Shown here piece by piece: positions 27,059 to 36,694 of a stretch of DNA of 64,000 nt. Below the pieces are notes generated by a model that saw only the letters and a program-made list of their open reading frames with translations, was not told where the DNA came from and ran no database searches. Numbering within the stretch: position 1 is the stretch's first letter; each line of letters starts with the position of its first letter. Location of the stretch: assembly GCA_034928535.1 (NCBI GenBank), contig JAYFOV010000004.1, forward strand, positions 1,173-65,172. Reading direction: 5' to 3'. The position numbers and the translations under genes were made by a program. Source of the stretch: Candidatus Limiplasma sp. GTDB taxonomy: Bacteria > Bacillota > Clostridia > Christensenellales > Aristaeellaceae.

Positions 27059-28603
27059 ATGAAGTTTACCGAAATGCCCCTGATCGCGCCCATCCTGAAA
27101 GCAACGCGTGAGGCGGGCTATGACGAACCGACCCCCATCCAGCGGGAGACCATCCCGTTTGTGTTGGAGGGCAACGACGTGCTGGGTTGCGCGCAAACCG
27201 GCACCGGCAAGACTGCCGCTTTTGCATTGCCCATCCTGCAACGGCTTTTTACCGAGAAGCAGGAAGGCAGCCGCAAGCCGCGCGCCCTTGTATTGACCCC
27301 CACCCGGGAGCTGGCCATCCAGATCCAGGAGAATTTTGCGCTCTACGGCAAACACCTGCCGCTCAAGAGCTGTGTGATTTTCGGCGGCGTGAACCAGTCC
27401 GGGCAGGTGGATCAGCTCCGCCGCGGCGTGCAGGTGATCATCGCCACCCCCGGCAGGCTCAACGACCTGATCGGGCAAGGCCACATTAAGCTGGACGCGA
27501 TCGAAATCTTTGTGCTGGACGAGGCCGACCGCATGCTGGACATGGGCTTCATATATGATGTGAAGCGCGTGATCGCGCAGTTGCCCGCCAAACGCCAGAC
27601 GCTGTTTTTCTCCGCCACCATGCCGGGCGAGGTGGAAAAGCTGGCCATGAGCATCCTCAGCAGCCCCAAGAGCGTCAAGGTGGATCCTGTGAGCAGCACG
27701 GTTGATACCATCCGCCAAACGCTGTTTATGGTAGATAAACTCAACAAGAAGTTCCTGCTGGCTGATCTGCTGAAAAAGCCCAACGTCGAAAATGCCCTCG
27801 TGTTCACCCGCACCAAGCACGGCGCCGACCGCGTTGTGCGCGAGCTGGAACGCATGGGCGTGCGCTCCATGGCCATCCATGGCGATAAAAGCCAGAGCGC
27901 CCGTCAGGCTGCCCTGGGGCAGTTCAAAAACGGCGATCTGAAAGTGCTCATCGCCACGGATATTGCAGCACGCGGCATTGATGTGGTGGGGCTTTCCCAT
28001 GTGATCAACTACGATCTGCCCAATGAGCCGGAGGCATACGTGCATCGCATTGGACGCACCGGCCGCGCCGGGCTGGAAGGCGACGCCATCAGCTTTTGCT
28101 GCATCGACGAGATGAAGTGCCTTGCAGGGATTGAAAAACTCATCGGCAAGCGTATCCCCCGCGAAGAAAGCGCCTGGCCGATGCAAGTCTTTACCGAAAC
28201 CGTGAAGGAAGCGCGCCCGCCGCGCCCCGAGCGTGTGACCCGGGTGAATATGCGCGGCGAAGCCATTGCTGAGCGTAGCCCTGCCTCCATGGGACGCCCC
28301 GGCATGCGACGCGGCAATGATACCCGGAGCAGCGCATCGGCTTGGCAAAACCGCTCTGCCGCAGTGCCGCAGGCCTCCGGCTGGAATAGCGCGCCCCAAC
28401 GCAGCGCCGCGCAACCCGTGCGCACGCAAGCAGCCAGTGCCGCAGCCCCGCAGCGGGTGCAGCCTGCCCTGCCGCGCCAGGAAAGCGTGCACGCACGCCC
28501 CGAGCGCCGCGATGTGCGCCCGGATCAGCGCAACAGTTACAGCTCCGGCGAGCGTAGCCAGCGTGTGAGCCAACCGCGCGCACGCAAGTACGAGTCCCGC
28601 TAA
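27059..28603 (+). CDS. DEAD-box ATP-dependent RNA helicase (CshA/DeaD-like) with an Arg/Ser/Gln-rich C-terminal tail
   Basis: Q motif PTPIQ, plus AQTGTGKT, DEAD (VLDEADRM), SAT and HRIGRTGRAG. RBS GGAAAGGAAGGA. Confidence 0.92.
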   Translation: MKFTEMPLIAPILKATREAGYDEPTPIQRETIPFVLEGNDVLGCAQTGTGKTAAFALPILQRLFTEKQEGSRKPRALVLTPTRELAIQIQENFALYGKHLPLKSCVIFGGVNQSGQVDQLRRGVQVIIATPGRLNDLIGQGHIKLDAIEIFVLDEADRMLDMGFIYDVKRVIAQLPAKRQTLFFSATMPGEVEKLAMSILSSPKSVKVDPVSSTVDTIRQTLFMVDKLNKKFLLADLLKKPNVENALVFTRTKHGADRVVRELERMGVRSMAIHGDKSQSARQAALGQFKNGDLKVLIATDIAARGIDVVGLSHVINYDLPNEPEAYVHRIGRTGRAGLEGDAISFCCIDEMKCLAGIEKLIGKRIPREESAWPMQVFTETVKEARPPRPERVTRVNMRGEAIAERSPASMGRPGMRRGNDTRSSASAWQNRSAAVPQASGWNSAPQRSAAQPVRTQAASAAAPQRVQPALPRQESVHARPERRDVRPDQRNSYSSGERSQRVSQPRARKYESR

Positions 28604-28676
28604 CCTATCACGCCAAAGGGCTCTCCCTTGGAAGCCTGATATGACTTTGGGCTTTGACTCATCTTCTTGAACAGGC

Positions 28677-28713
28677 ACAGGGGTGCTCCGCGAGGCGGAG
28701 CGCCCCTGTTTTG
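28677..28713 (+). terminator. Intrinsic terminator after the helicase (copy 1 of a repeated hairpin)
   Basis: ACAGGGGTGCTCCGC-gag-GCGGAGCGCCCCTGT followed by TTTTG. Confidence 0.75.
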
Positions 28714-28898
28714 TGATCCAGGAATCTTGCCAAGTGCCACAGCCACTGGCTGCATCGCCCTGCGGGGTTTGCACACTTTCGGGGATACACGTCAAGAAAG
28801 AGTCAAGATAGCACCTTGGGTCTCATTCAAGCCCATCCAAGGGCATCTCCCTTTGGAAACCAGACCGGGTTATTCCCTTGGCCATTTTTTATGATAAC

Positions 28899-28933
28899 CA
28901 CAGGGGCGCTCCGCGATGCGGAACGCCCCTGTG
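28899..28933. repeat. Copy 2 of the CACAGGGGYGCTCCGC...GCGGARCGCCCCTGTG hairpin, without a U tract
   Basis: CACAGGGGCGCTCCGCGATGCGGAACGCCCCTGTG is nearly identical to the hairpin at 28677..28709. Confidence 0.6.
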
Positions 28934-29129
28934 CCTGCTAAAGAACTGCCGCAATGACACCGGCCGGGTTGCACTGCCGGTTCCTTGTTTGCCGCTGCGC
29001 GATTTGTCATGGAATCGTTAAGGGGAGTGGCCGCAACCGCCAAAGGATTTTTTCCCTTGGCTTTCTGGCAAAGAAGCTCCCCTGATTTGGCTTCACAGAC
29101 GGCCTGAAACAAGCATGGATGCGTGAGCG

Positions 29130-30074
29130 TTACATCCGCCGTTCAAACACCCTGAGTTTTGCACTGCGGGCGCGCGGATTGGCAGCCACTTCCTCCGCGC
29201 TTGGTTGGATCGCTCCGCCGCCGAGCACCTTGCCGGCCGTCACCTTTCCGCAGGTGCAGATCGGCGCTTTGGGCGGGCACACGCAAGGGTTCATCAGCCT
29301 GCGGAAGGTGTTTTTCACGATCCGGTCTTCCAACGAATGAAAGGTGATCACCAGCAGCCTTCCTTGATCCGCCAGCAGGGAAACCAGCATCTCCAGCGCT
29401 TTTTCCAACGGCGCCAGCTCATCGTTGAGCGCGATGCGCACAGCCTGGAACGTTCTGCGGGCGGGGTGCCCTTCATCCTTGCGGCGCACCGCCTTGGGGA
29501 TGGCGGCATCCACCACGCGCACCAGATCCTGCGTAGTCAGGATGGGGCTTTCCCGCCGTTTCTCGTCAAATACCTGCGCAATGCGCGCTGCCCATTTTTC
29601 CTCGCCATACTCCGTGAGGATGCGCCGGAACTCGGCAGGGGAGATGCCCGCCAGATAGTCCGCCGCCGTTTGCCCGCTGCTGGCGTCCATACGCATGTCC
29701 AGCGGTGCATCCTCATGGTAGCTGAAACCACGCTGGGCGTTGTCCAGCTGGTAACTGCTTACGCCAAGGTCGATCAGTGCGCCATCCAGCGGCGGCGCGC
29801 CCACTTCCTGCAGCAGCGCCTTTGCGTCATGAAAATTTCCATGCAGCGCCATAAAGCCGGGGTAAGGACGTAGGCGCTCGCTCGCCGCGCGAATGGCCTC
29901 CGTGTCCCGGTCAATGCCATAGAGCTGCGCCTGCCCACCGGCAGCTTGCAGGATGCCCTCGCTGTGCCCGCCGCCGCCCAGAGTACCATCCAGGTACACG
30001 CCGCCCGCGCGGGGCTGCATCCAGGCCATGACCTCGGCATACAACACCGGAAGGTGGTAAAATTCCTGTGCCAT
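29130..30074 (-). CDS. rsmH: 16S rRNA (cytosine1402-N4)-methyltransferase
   Basis: Start at MAQEFYHLPVLYAEV. Motifs DGTLGGGGHS, FHSLEDRIVK and RARSAKLRV. Confidence 0.9.
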   Translation of the reverse strand: MAQEFYHLPVLYAEVMAWMQPRAGGVYLDGTLGGGGHSEGILQAAGGQAQLYGIDRDTEAIRAASERLRPYPGFMALHGNFHDAKALLQEVGAPPLDGALIDLGVSSYQLDNAQRGFSYHEDAPLDMRMDASSGQTAADYLAGISPAEFRRILTEYGEEKWAARIAQVFDEKRRESPILTTQDLVRVVDAAIPKAVRRKDEGHPARRTFQAVRIALNDELAPLEKALEMLVSLLADQGRLLVITFHSLEDRIVKNTFRRLMNPCVCPPKAPICTCGKVTAGKVLGGGAIQPSAEEVAANPRARSAKLRVFERRM

Positions 30075-30236
30075 CTTTCCAGCGGGAAACCCAGCCGCGG
30101 CCTGCACCGTGCGTTGTCACGCGTGCTGGCCATGGCGGCGCTCCCCCGTCCTTTCCCATGATACCGCGCCGGGCAGGTTTGCTTCCGCGGCGCGGCCTTG
30201 TTTGATCATCGTCCGCCTGGTCGTGAATCCATTGCC

Positions 30237-32891
30237 CTATGCGTTGGCTTTGAGCTCCTGGATGCGCTGCGCCAGCGACTGGAGCATGGCCTTGTTGGTG
30301 GCCAGTTTTTCCTGCTCCTGCTGCACCAACGCCGCAGGGGCTTTGCCGGTAAAGCCGGGGTTGTTCAGGCGCGCTTCCGCACGGCCGATCTCCCCTTCCA
30401 GCGCAGCCCGCTCCTTATCCAGGCGGGCGATTTCCTTTTCAAGATCCACCAGCTCGCCCAAGGGGATGCGGATCTCTGCAGAGGCGCAGATGGCGCTCAC
30501 GGTTTTTTCCGCGCTGGCATCGCCCTTCTTGGCGATGTGCACGCTGCTTGCGCCCGCAAGGCGTTGCAGGTAGGGCTCCGCAATGGACAGCGCTTCCTCC
30601 CAGCCCGCTTCGGGAATCAGCGTCACCTGGGTACGCTTGTTGCCCGTGACCTTCATTTCTGCGCGCAGGTTGCGGATGCTGCGGATGATCTCCATCAGCC
30701 CATCCATCTGCCGTTCCTCTGCCTCAAAAGCAAAGGCGGGGTTCACCTGCGGCCAGCTGGCCAGGATGAGCATCCCCTCCGCGCCGGGCAGGTGCTGGTA
30801 CACCTCCTCCGTCAGGTAGGGCATAAAGGGGTGCAGCAGCTTGAGCACGGTTTCCAGCACGGTGTAGAGCACGGCGCGCACGTTCTGCTTTTGCGCCTCG
30901 TCCTCACCGGTCAGCCGGCCTTTGGACAGCTCGATGTACCAATCGCAAAACTCGCTCCACGTAAAGTCATACAGGCGGTTGGCAGAAAGGCCGAAGTCGC
31001 CGTCCTCCATGTGCGCGCTCACCTCGGCCACGGCTTTTTGCAGCCGTGCAAGGATCCACTGATCCGGCAGGGTCAGCTGCGCGGGATCGATGGTCTCTTT
31101 TGCATCCATGTTCATGAGCACAAAACGGCTGGCATTCCAAACCTTGTTGGCAAAATTACGTGCCGATTCCACCTTCTCGGTGGAGAAGCGCGTATCGTTG
31201 CCCGGGCTGATGCCCATCGCCAGTGAGAAGCGCAGTGCGTCCGCGCCATAGTTGTCGATGATCTCCAGCGGATCGACGCCGTTGCCAAGGCTCTTGGACA
31301 TTTTACGCCCCTGTGCATCGCGCACAAGGCCATGGATCAGCACCGTGTCAAAGGGCGTTTCCCCCATCTGCTCGATGCCGCTAAAAATCATGCGCGCCAC
31401 CCAGAAGAAAATGATATCATAGCCCGTCACCAGCATGCTGGTGGGGTAAAAATATTGCAGATCCTCTGTCTGCCGCGGCCAGCCGAGGGTGCTGAACGGC
31501 CACAGTCCACTGGAAAACCAGGTGTCCAGCACATCCTCATCCTGTTTGAGGCGGGTGCTGCCGCACTTGGGGCACTGGTGCGGCTCATGCTTGGCCACGA
31601 TGGTCTCGCCGCATTCCTGGCAGTACCAAGCGGGGATGCGGTGCCCCCACCACAGCTGGCGGCTGATGCACCAATCCCGGATGTTCTCCATCCAGTTAAA
31701 ATAAATCTTGCTGAAGCGCTCCGGCACAAACTTGGTTTTTCCCTCACGCACGGCGTCAATCGCAGGCTTGGCCAGCGGCGCCATCTGGACGAACCACTGC
31801 ATGCTGGTCACCGGATCCACGGTGGTGTGGCAGCGGTAGCAGGTGCCCACATTGTGGGTATAATCCTCCACCTTGACGAGGTAGCCGGTCTCCTCCAGCT
31901 CCTTGGCCACCGCCTTGCGGCACTCGTTCTCATGTATGCCCGCAAACTTGCCCGCCAGCTCATTCATGGTTCCATCATCGTTGGTCACGCGGATGATCTC
32001 CAGATCATGCCGCTGGGCAACCTCAAAATCGTTGGGGTCATGCGCCGGGGTGATCTTGACCGCACCGGTGCCAAAGGCCATATCCACATAGGTATCCGCC
32101 ACCACGGGAATCAGCTTGTTGAGGATCGGCAGCACCACCATCTTGCCGATCAGGTGCTGGTAGCGGGCATCATCCGGGTGCACGGCTACCGCCGTATCGC
32201 CCAGCATGGTTTCCGGGCGCGTGGTGGCAACCGTGACGCCTTGGCCGCCATCCGCCGCCGGATAGCGGATGTGCCACAGGTGGCTGGCCTGCTCCTCGTA
32301 CTCCACTTCCGCATCGGACAGGGCGGTGCGGCACACCGGGCACCAGTTGATGATGCGGCTGCCGCGGTAAATGAGCCCCTTCTGGTACAGGTTCACAAAC
32401 ACTTCCCGCACGGCTTCATTGCAGCCCTCGTCCATGGTAAAGCGTTCGCGCGTCCAGTCACAGCTGGCGCCCAGGCGGCGCTGCTGGCGGTTGATGCGGC
32501 CGCCGTACTCAGCCTTCCACTGCCAGGCTCGCTCCAAAAACGCCTCGCGCCCGATCATCTCTTTGGTGAGGCCTTCTTTTTTCATCTGTTCCACGATTTT
32601 CACTTCGGTGGCAATGGAAGCGTGATCTGTGCCCGGCAACCACAGGGTGGGATCCCCCTTCATGCGGTGGTAGCGGATGGGCGCATCCTGCAAAAGGCAA
32701 TCCATCGCATGCCCCATATGCAGCTGGCCAGTGATGTTGGGCGGCGGCATCACGATGGTATAGGGCTTTTTGCCCGCCACGCGCTTTGCCACAAACGCGC
32801 CGCTCTCCTCCCACATCTGGTAAAGCCTATCCTCAATGTCCCGGGGATTGTACACTTTTTCCATGTCAAATGCTTTTGGCTGTTCGCTCAT
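30237..32891 (-). CDS. valS: Valine--tRNA ligase
   Basis: Class I motifs PPNITGQLHMGH and KMSKS. Long C-terminal coiled coil. A TTG at 32900 is an alternative start. Confidence 0.95.
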   Translation of the reverse strand: MSEQPKAFDMEKVYNPRDIEDRLYQMWEESGAFVAKRVAGKKPYTIVMPPPNITGQLHMGHAMDCLLQDAPIRYHRMKGDPTLWLPGTDHASIATEVKIVEQMKKEGLTKEMIGREAFLERAWQWKAEYGGRINRQQRRLGASCDWTRERFTMDEGCNEAVREVFVNLYQKGLIYRGSRIINWCPVCRTALSDAEVEYEEQASHLWHIRYPAADGGQGVTVATTRPETMLGDTAVAVHPDDARYQHLIGKMVVLPILNKLIPVVADTYVDMAFGTGAVKITPAHDPNDFEVAQRHDLEIIRVTNDDGTMNELAGKFAGIHENECRKAVAKELEETGYLVKVEDYTHNVGTCYRCHTTVDPVTSMQWFVQMAPLAKPAIDAVREGKTKFVPERFSKIYFNWMENIRDWCISRQLWWGHRIPAWYCQECGETIVAKHEPHQCPKCGSTRLKQDEDVLDTWFSSGLWPFSTLGWPRQTEDLQYFYPTSMLVTGYDIIFFWVARMIFSGIEQMGETPFDTVLIHGLVRDAQGRKMSKSLGNGVDPLEIIDNYGADALRFSLAMGISPGNDTRFSTEKVESARNFANKVWNASRFVLMNMDAKETIDPAQLTLPDQWILARLQKAVAEVSAHMEDGDFGLSANRLYDFTWSEFCDWYIELSKGRLTGEDEAQKQNVRAVLYTVLETVLKLLHPFMPYLTEEVYQHLPGAEGMLILASWPQVNPAFAFEAEERQMDGLMEIIRSIRNLRAEMKVTGNKRTQVTLIPEAGWEEALSIAEPYLQRLAGASSVHIAKKGDASAEKTVSAICASAEIRIPLGELVDLEKEIARLDKERAALEGEIGRAEARLNNPGFTGKAPAALVQQEQEKLATNKAMLQSLAQRIQELKANA

Positions 32892-32913
32892 GCCTTCCAA
32901 CCCTTCCCTCTGC

Positions 32914-33123
32914 TCAAATGGGGATATAGTCCAACAAAATCAGCGCGCCCACCAGCGCCATTACCAGCCCGGCGATTTTCATGGGCACGGTGGCGCGTTG
33001 CGCCTGCGCCTTGAACACCAGCCTGGCTACCCTGGGCGCTTCATATACCAGCAGCGCGCCAACGGCCACCAGCACGATGCCCGGCACACTGAGCCGGGAG
33101 AGAACGCCTTGCCAATACGTCAC
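32914..33123 (-). CDS. Small two-TM membrane protein (about 69 aa) between the Val T-box and valS
   Basis: GTG start 5 nt after RBS GGAGGAGGG. Two hydrophobic helices (VPGIVLVAVGALLVY and IAGLVMALVGALILL). The gene ends 22 nt before the valS start. Confidence 0.55.
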   Translation of the reverse strand: MTYWQGVLSRLSVPGIVLVAVGALLVYEAPRVARLVFKAQAQRATVPMKIAGLVMALVGALILLDYIPI

Positions 33124-33354
33124 ATGATCCCTCCTCCGTCGATGCATCGATGCCGGCCTGCACAGCAGTGCCGCTGTGCAGGCGGCATACACGCCAGGGC
33201 TTTGCCTGAATGGCAGCCCTTACCCGTGCAGGTGCGGCCTGCCCGCTGGGTGCTACCGGCTGGCGCCAGCCCCTTGGGGATTGCTACGCTGCCCGTTGCC
33301 ACGCCAAAGGCTTCTGATCCGTCCCTGAGCGCTGCCTGCGCACCGTAGCATTGC

Positions 33355-33610
33355 CCCCAAAAGAAAAAGCCGCCACGCCCTGAAAGGACGGAGCAGCTCC
33401 GTGGTACCACCTTACTTCGCGCTGGCGAAACGCCAACGCCTCGTTGCGCTGTAACGGGCGCACACGGCAAGACTGCGCGGCATGTGCCGCGTTCATCCTG
33501 CGCCTTCCCGGGCGACCTTCCGCAACCTTGCCAACCGAACAGCCTTCCAGCCAACGAGCCGTTCTCTCTGTGGGGGCGGTTTGCGTACTCCTCCCGCTCA
33601 TCAGGCAAAT
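33355..33610 (-). promoter_or_regulatory. T-box riboswitch leader with probable specifier GUC (Val)
   Basis: On the minus strand: K-turn TGATGAG, S-turn GGAGTA, AG bulge CAGAGAGA, specifier-loop 3' side GAAG-GUC-G (33514..33516), T-box core AAGGTGGTACCACGG, then GGCGGCTTTTTCTTTT. Confidence 0.75.
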
Positions 33611-33659
33611 GCCGTAAAGGCCGCGCAAGCGCGACCCTTACAGTATGCCGGGGAACGCG

Positions 33660-33857
33660 TTACGCGTTCTCCTTCTTGGCTTCGGTCATATCGATGACCT
33701 GCTTGCCGTTGTAATAACCGCAGTGCTTGCACACGCGATGGCTAAGCTTTTTCTGGTGGCATTGCGGGCATTCCACGATGCCGGGCAAAGTCAGCTTCCA
33801 GTGGGCGCGACGGCTACGGCCGCGGGCACGCGAGATTTTTCCTTTCGGAAGAGCCAT
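33660..33857 (-). CDS. rpmF: 50S ribosomal protein L32
   Basis: MALPKGKISRARGRSRRAHWK followed by the CPQC...CKHCG zinc ribbon. Confidence 0.95.
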   Translation of the reverse strand: MALPKGKISRARGRSRRAHWKLTLPGIVECPQCHQKKLSHRVCKHCGYYNGKQVIDMTEAKKENA

Positions 33858-33860
33858 GGT

Positions 33861-34370
33861 CTACACCTCCTCATCCTTTGTCAGCAAGCGCTGCAATGCT
33901 TCAAAAGGACGCTGTGTCGGCGATTCCTCTTCGCACGAGCTCTTGAAAATATCCTGCGTGTACGCTTCAGGCAACGCGCCGCCCTGGCAATCCTCCTGAC
34001 AGAGGAAGCGCATGGGCAGGTTGAGCATGATCAGCGTCAGCGCGAGCGGGTCTACGGTCACTTTGTTGCCTTCGTAATGGAAATCTTCATCCTCCAGCTC
34101 CAGCGCGTCTTTGCGGAAGTTTTCCGCAAAGCTGATGGCAAGCGGTACACTCGCCGGTGCAAGGCAATTGGCGCAGGAAGCGTGCGCTATGGTCGTTAGC
34201 TCGCCTTCCAGACGCACCGTGCCATCCAGCGCACTGTACGTGCCGCTGAGCTTGGCTGGGTCAAAGGACACCATTTCGCCAACCACATCCTGTGGGGGAA
34301 CCGAGACTTCTGCCGTGAACGGGAACGAATTCCCCGGGTTCAGCAAAGCCTTTGAAACATCGAGCTCCAT
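33861..34370 (-). CDS. yceD: YceD/DUF177 family protein (ribosome-maturation associated)
   Basis: Start at MELDVSK with RBS GAGGAGGAA. Acidic protein with a Cys motif (CQEDCQG). Canonical position immediately upstream of rpmF. Confidence 0.8.
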   Translation of the reverse strand: MELDVSKALLNPGNSFPFTAEVSVPPQDVVGEMVSFDPAKLSGTYSALDGTVRLEGELTTIAHASCANCLAPASVPLAISFAENFRKDALELEDEDFHYEGNKVTVDPLALTLIMLNLPMRFLCQEDCQGGALPEAYTQDIFKSSCEEESPTQRPFEALQRLLTKDEEV

Positions 34371-34479
34371 AGGTTCCTCCTCAAACGTGACCAATTTGCA
34401 TTATAAGGCAGTTTGTACAACTTGTCAATCGTAATTTTCCAATGCCGCCCATGCGCGGCATCGCGCCGGCGGCGGGCAA

Positions 34480-35685
34480 TCAGTCCTCGATCGGTCTGCC
34501 CTCGATGATGGCCACCGTGTCGTTGGCGATCACAAGCTCCTCATTGGTAGGAATGACTACGATCTTGACCTTGCTGTCGTCTGTGGAAATCACGGCTTCG
34601 TTGCGGGTCATGTTCTTTTCGGGATCCAGCTTGGCGCCCAGGAACTCAAACCCTTCCATAACCAGCGCGCGCAGCGTATGGTTGTTCTCCCCGATACCGG
34701 CAGTGAACACGATCGCATCCACGCCGTTCATGGCGGCAGCATACGCGCCGATATACTTGCGGATGCCGTGCACCAGGATCTCCCGGGCGATGATCGCGCC
34801 TTCATGGCCGTGATCGCAAGCATCATCGATATCACGCATGTCGCTGGAAAGACCGCTCACGCCCAGCAGGCCGCTCTTCTTGTTGAGCAGATCCAGCACT
34901 GCGTCCACAGAGAGGTTTTCGTTGTTGGCGATGTACTGCACCACGGCCGGATCCAGGTTGCCGCTGCGGGTGCCCATCAGCACGCCTTCCAGCGGGGTGA
35001 TGCCCATGCTGGTATCCACACATTTGCCGTTGACCACCGCCGCCAGGCTGGAGCCGTTGCCCAGATGGCAGGTGATGATGCGGCTGTTGGCGCGGTCCAG
35101 CCCCAAAAATTCGCAGGCGCGCTTGCTCACATAGCGGTGGCTGGTGCCATGGAAACCATAGCGGCGCACATGCAGCTTTTTGTAATACTCCATCGGCACG
35201 CCGTACAGGTAGGCCTTCTTGGGCATGGTCTGGTGAAAGGCGGTATCAAACACCGCCACGTTGGGGGTGGTGGGCATCACGCGCTCGCAGGCTTCAATGC
35301 CCATGAGGTTGGCGGGGTTGTGCAAAGGCCCCAGCGGGATGTTCTCGCGAATGGCGTCCTTCACATCCTCCGTTACCAGCACGCTGCCGGTGAAACGCTC
35401 GCCGCCGTGCAGCACGCGGTGGCCGACGGCCACGATCTCGTCCATGCTCTTGACCGCGCCCTTTTGCGGATCCGTCAGCGCTTTGAGCATCCACTGGATG
35501 CCCTCGGTGTGATCCTTCATGAAGGCGGTCGCGTCAAAAACCTGATCGCCCACCGTTTGTTTGATGCGGCCGCCTTCAATGGCGATGCGCTCTACCAGAC
35601 CCTTGGCGAGCAACTGCTTGCTCTCCATATCCAGCAGCTGGTACTTGAGGGAAGAGGAACCGGCATTGAGAATCAGAATTTTCAT
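34480..35685 (-). CDS. ackA: Acetate kinase
   Basis: MKILILNAGSSSLKYQL N-terminus, plus GHRVLHGG and FHGTSHRYV. RBS AAGGAG. Confidence 0.95.
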   Translation of the reverse strand: MKILILNAGSSSLKYQLLDMESKQLLAKGLVERIAIEGGRIKQTVGDQVFDATAFMKDHTEGIQWMLKALTDPQKGAVKSMDEIVAVGHRVLHGGERFTGSVLVTEDVKDAIRENIPLGPLHNPANLMGIEACERVMPTTPNVAVFDTAFHQTMPKKAYLYGVPMEYYKKLHVRRYGFHGTSHRYVSKRACEFLGLDRANSRIITCHLGNGSSLAAVVNGKCVDTSMGITPLEGVLMGTRSGNLDPAVVQYIANNENLSVDAVLDLLNKKSGLLGVSGLSSDMRDIDDACDHGHEGAIIAREILVHGIRKYIGAYAAAMNGVDAIVFTAGIGENNHTLRALVMEGFEFLGAKLDPEKNMTRNEAVISTDDSKVKIVVIPTNEELVIANDTVAIIEGRPIED

Positions 35686-35698
35686 GTTGGCAAACTCC

Positions 35699-36694
35699 TT
35701 ACGCTTGGGCTTTGACGGCGGTAATGGCCACAACGCTGACGATATCTTCCACGGAGCAGCCCCTGCTCAGATCGTTGACGGGCTTGGCCAAGCCTTGCAC
35801 GATGGGGCCGATTGCCGCCGCGCCCGCAAAGCGCTGCACCAGTTTGTAGCCGATGTTGCCTGCCTGCAGGTCTGGGAAAATGAGCACATTGGCGTGCCCT
35901 GCCACAGTGCTGCCCGGTGCTTTGAGCTGGCCGACGCTGGCCACCAGCGCGGCATCCGCCTGGAGCTCGCCATCGCACTGGAGGTCGGGGGCAAGCTCAT
36001 GCACCTTCTGGGTGGCCTGCTGCACCTTGGTAACGGCATCGCTCTTGGCACTGCCCTTGGTGGAAAAGCTGAGCATGGCCACTTTGGGATCAAGCCCTAC
36101 CAGTTGCCTGCCCGTCTGCGCGCTGGCGATAGCGATGGCGGCCAGCTCGTCGGCGGTGGGGTCGGGGATCACGGCGCAATCGCCAAAAATGAGCACGCCG
36201 TCCTCGCCGTATTGCTTGTCCGGCACTTCCATGATAAACGCGCCGCTGACCACAGAGATGCCCGGCGCGGTTTTAATGATTTGCAGCGCGGGGCGCAGCA
36301 CGTTGCCGGTAGAGTTGATCGCGCCGGCCACCATGCCGTCCGCATCGCCGGTCTTGACCATGAGCGCGCCATAATAGAGGGGATCGCCCGTCAACTCCTT
36401 GGCCTGCTCGGGGGTCAGCCCTTTGGCCTTGCGCAGCTCATAGAGCAAGCCGGCATAGGCTTCGGATTTTTCGCTGGCCTTGGGGTCAACCAACGCGACG
36501 CCAGTGAGACCGGTGCCAGTCTGTGCGGCCACCTTCTCGATCTCAGAAATGTTCCCCAGCAGCGTGACGCTGGCGATGCCCTGATCTACGATCTGGCGGG
36601 CAGCCTGCACCGTGCGCGGCTCAGAACCTTCCGGCAGAACGATGTGCTTTTTGTTCTGCTGGGCCTTCGCCTTGATTTTGTCAATGACGGACAT
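35699..36694 (-). CDS. pta: Phosphate acetyltransferase
   Basis: Start at MSVIDKIKAKA with RBS GAGGGAGGAAA. PTA_PTB motifs (VLPEG.EPR, GDADGMVAG, NIGYKLVQR). Confidence 0.92.
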   Translation of the reverse strand: MSVIDKIKAKAQQNKKHIVLPEGSEPRTVQAARQIVDQGIASVTLLGNISEIEKVAAQTGTGLTGVALVDPKASEKSEAYAGLLYELRKAKGLTPEQAKELTGDPLYYGALMVKTGDADGMVAGAINSTGNVLRPALQIIKTAPGISVVSGAFIMEVPDKQYGEDGVLIFGDCAVIPDPTADELAAIAIASAQTGRQLVGLDPKVAMLSFSTKGSAKSDAVTKVQQATQKVHELAPDLQCDGELQADAALVASVGQLKAPGSTVAGHANVLIFPDLQAGNIGYKLVQRFAGAAAIGPIVQGLAKPVNDLSRGCSVEDIVSVVAITAVKAQA

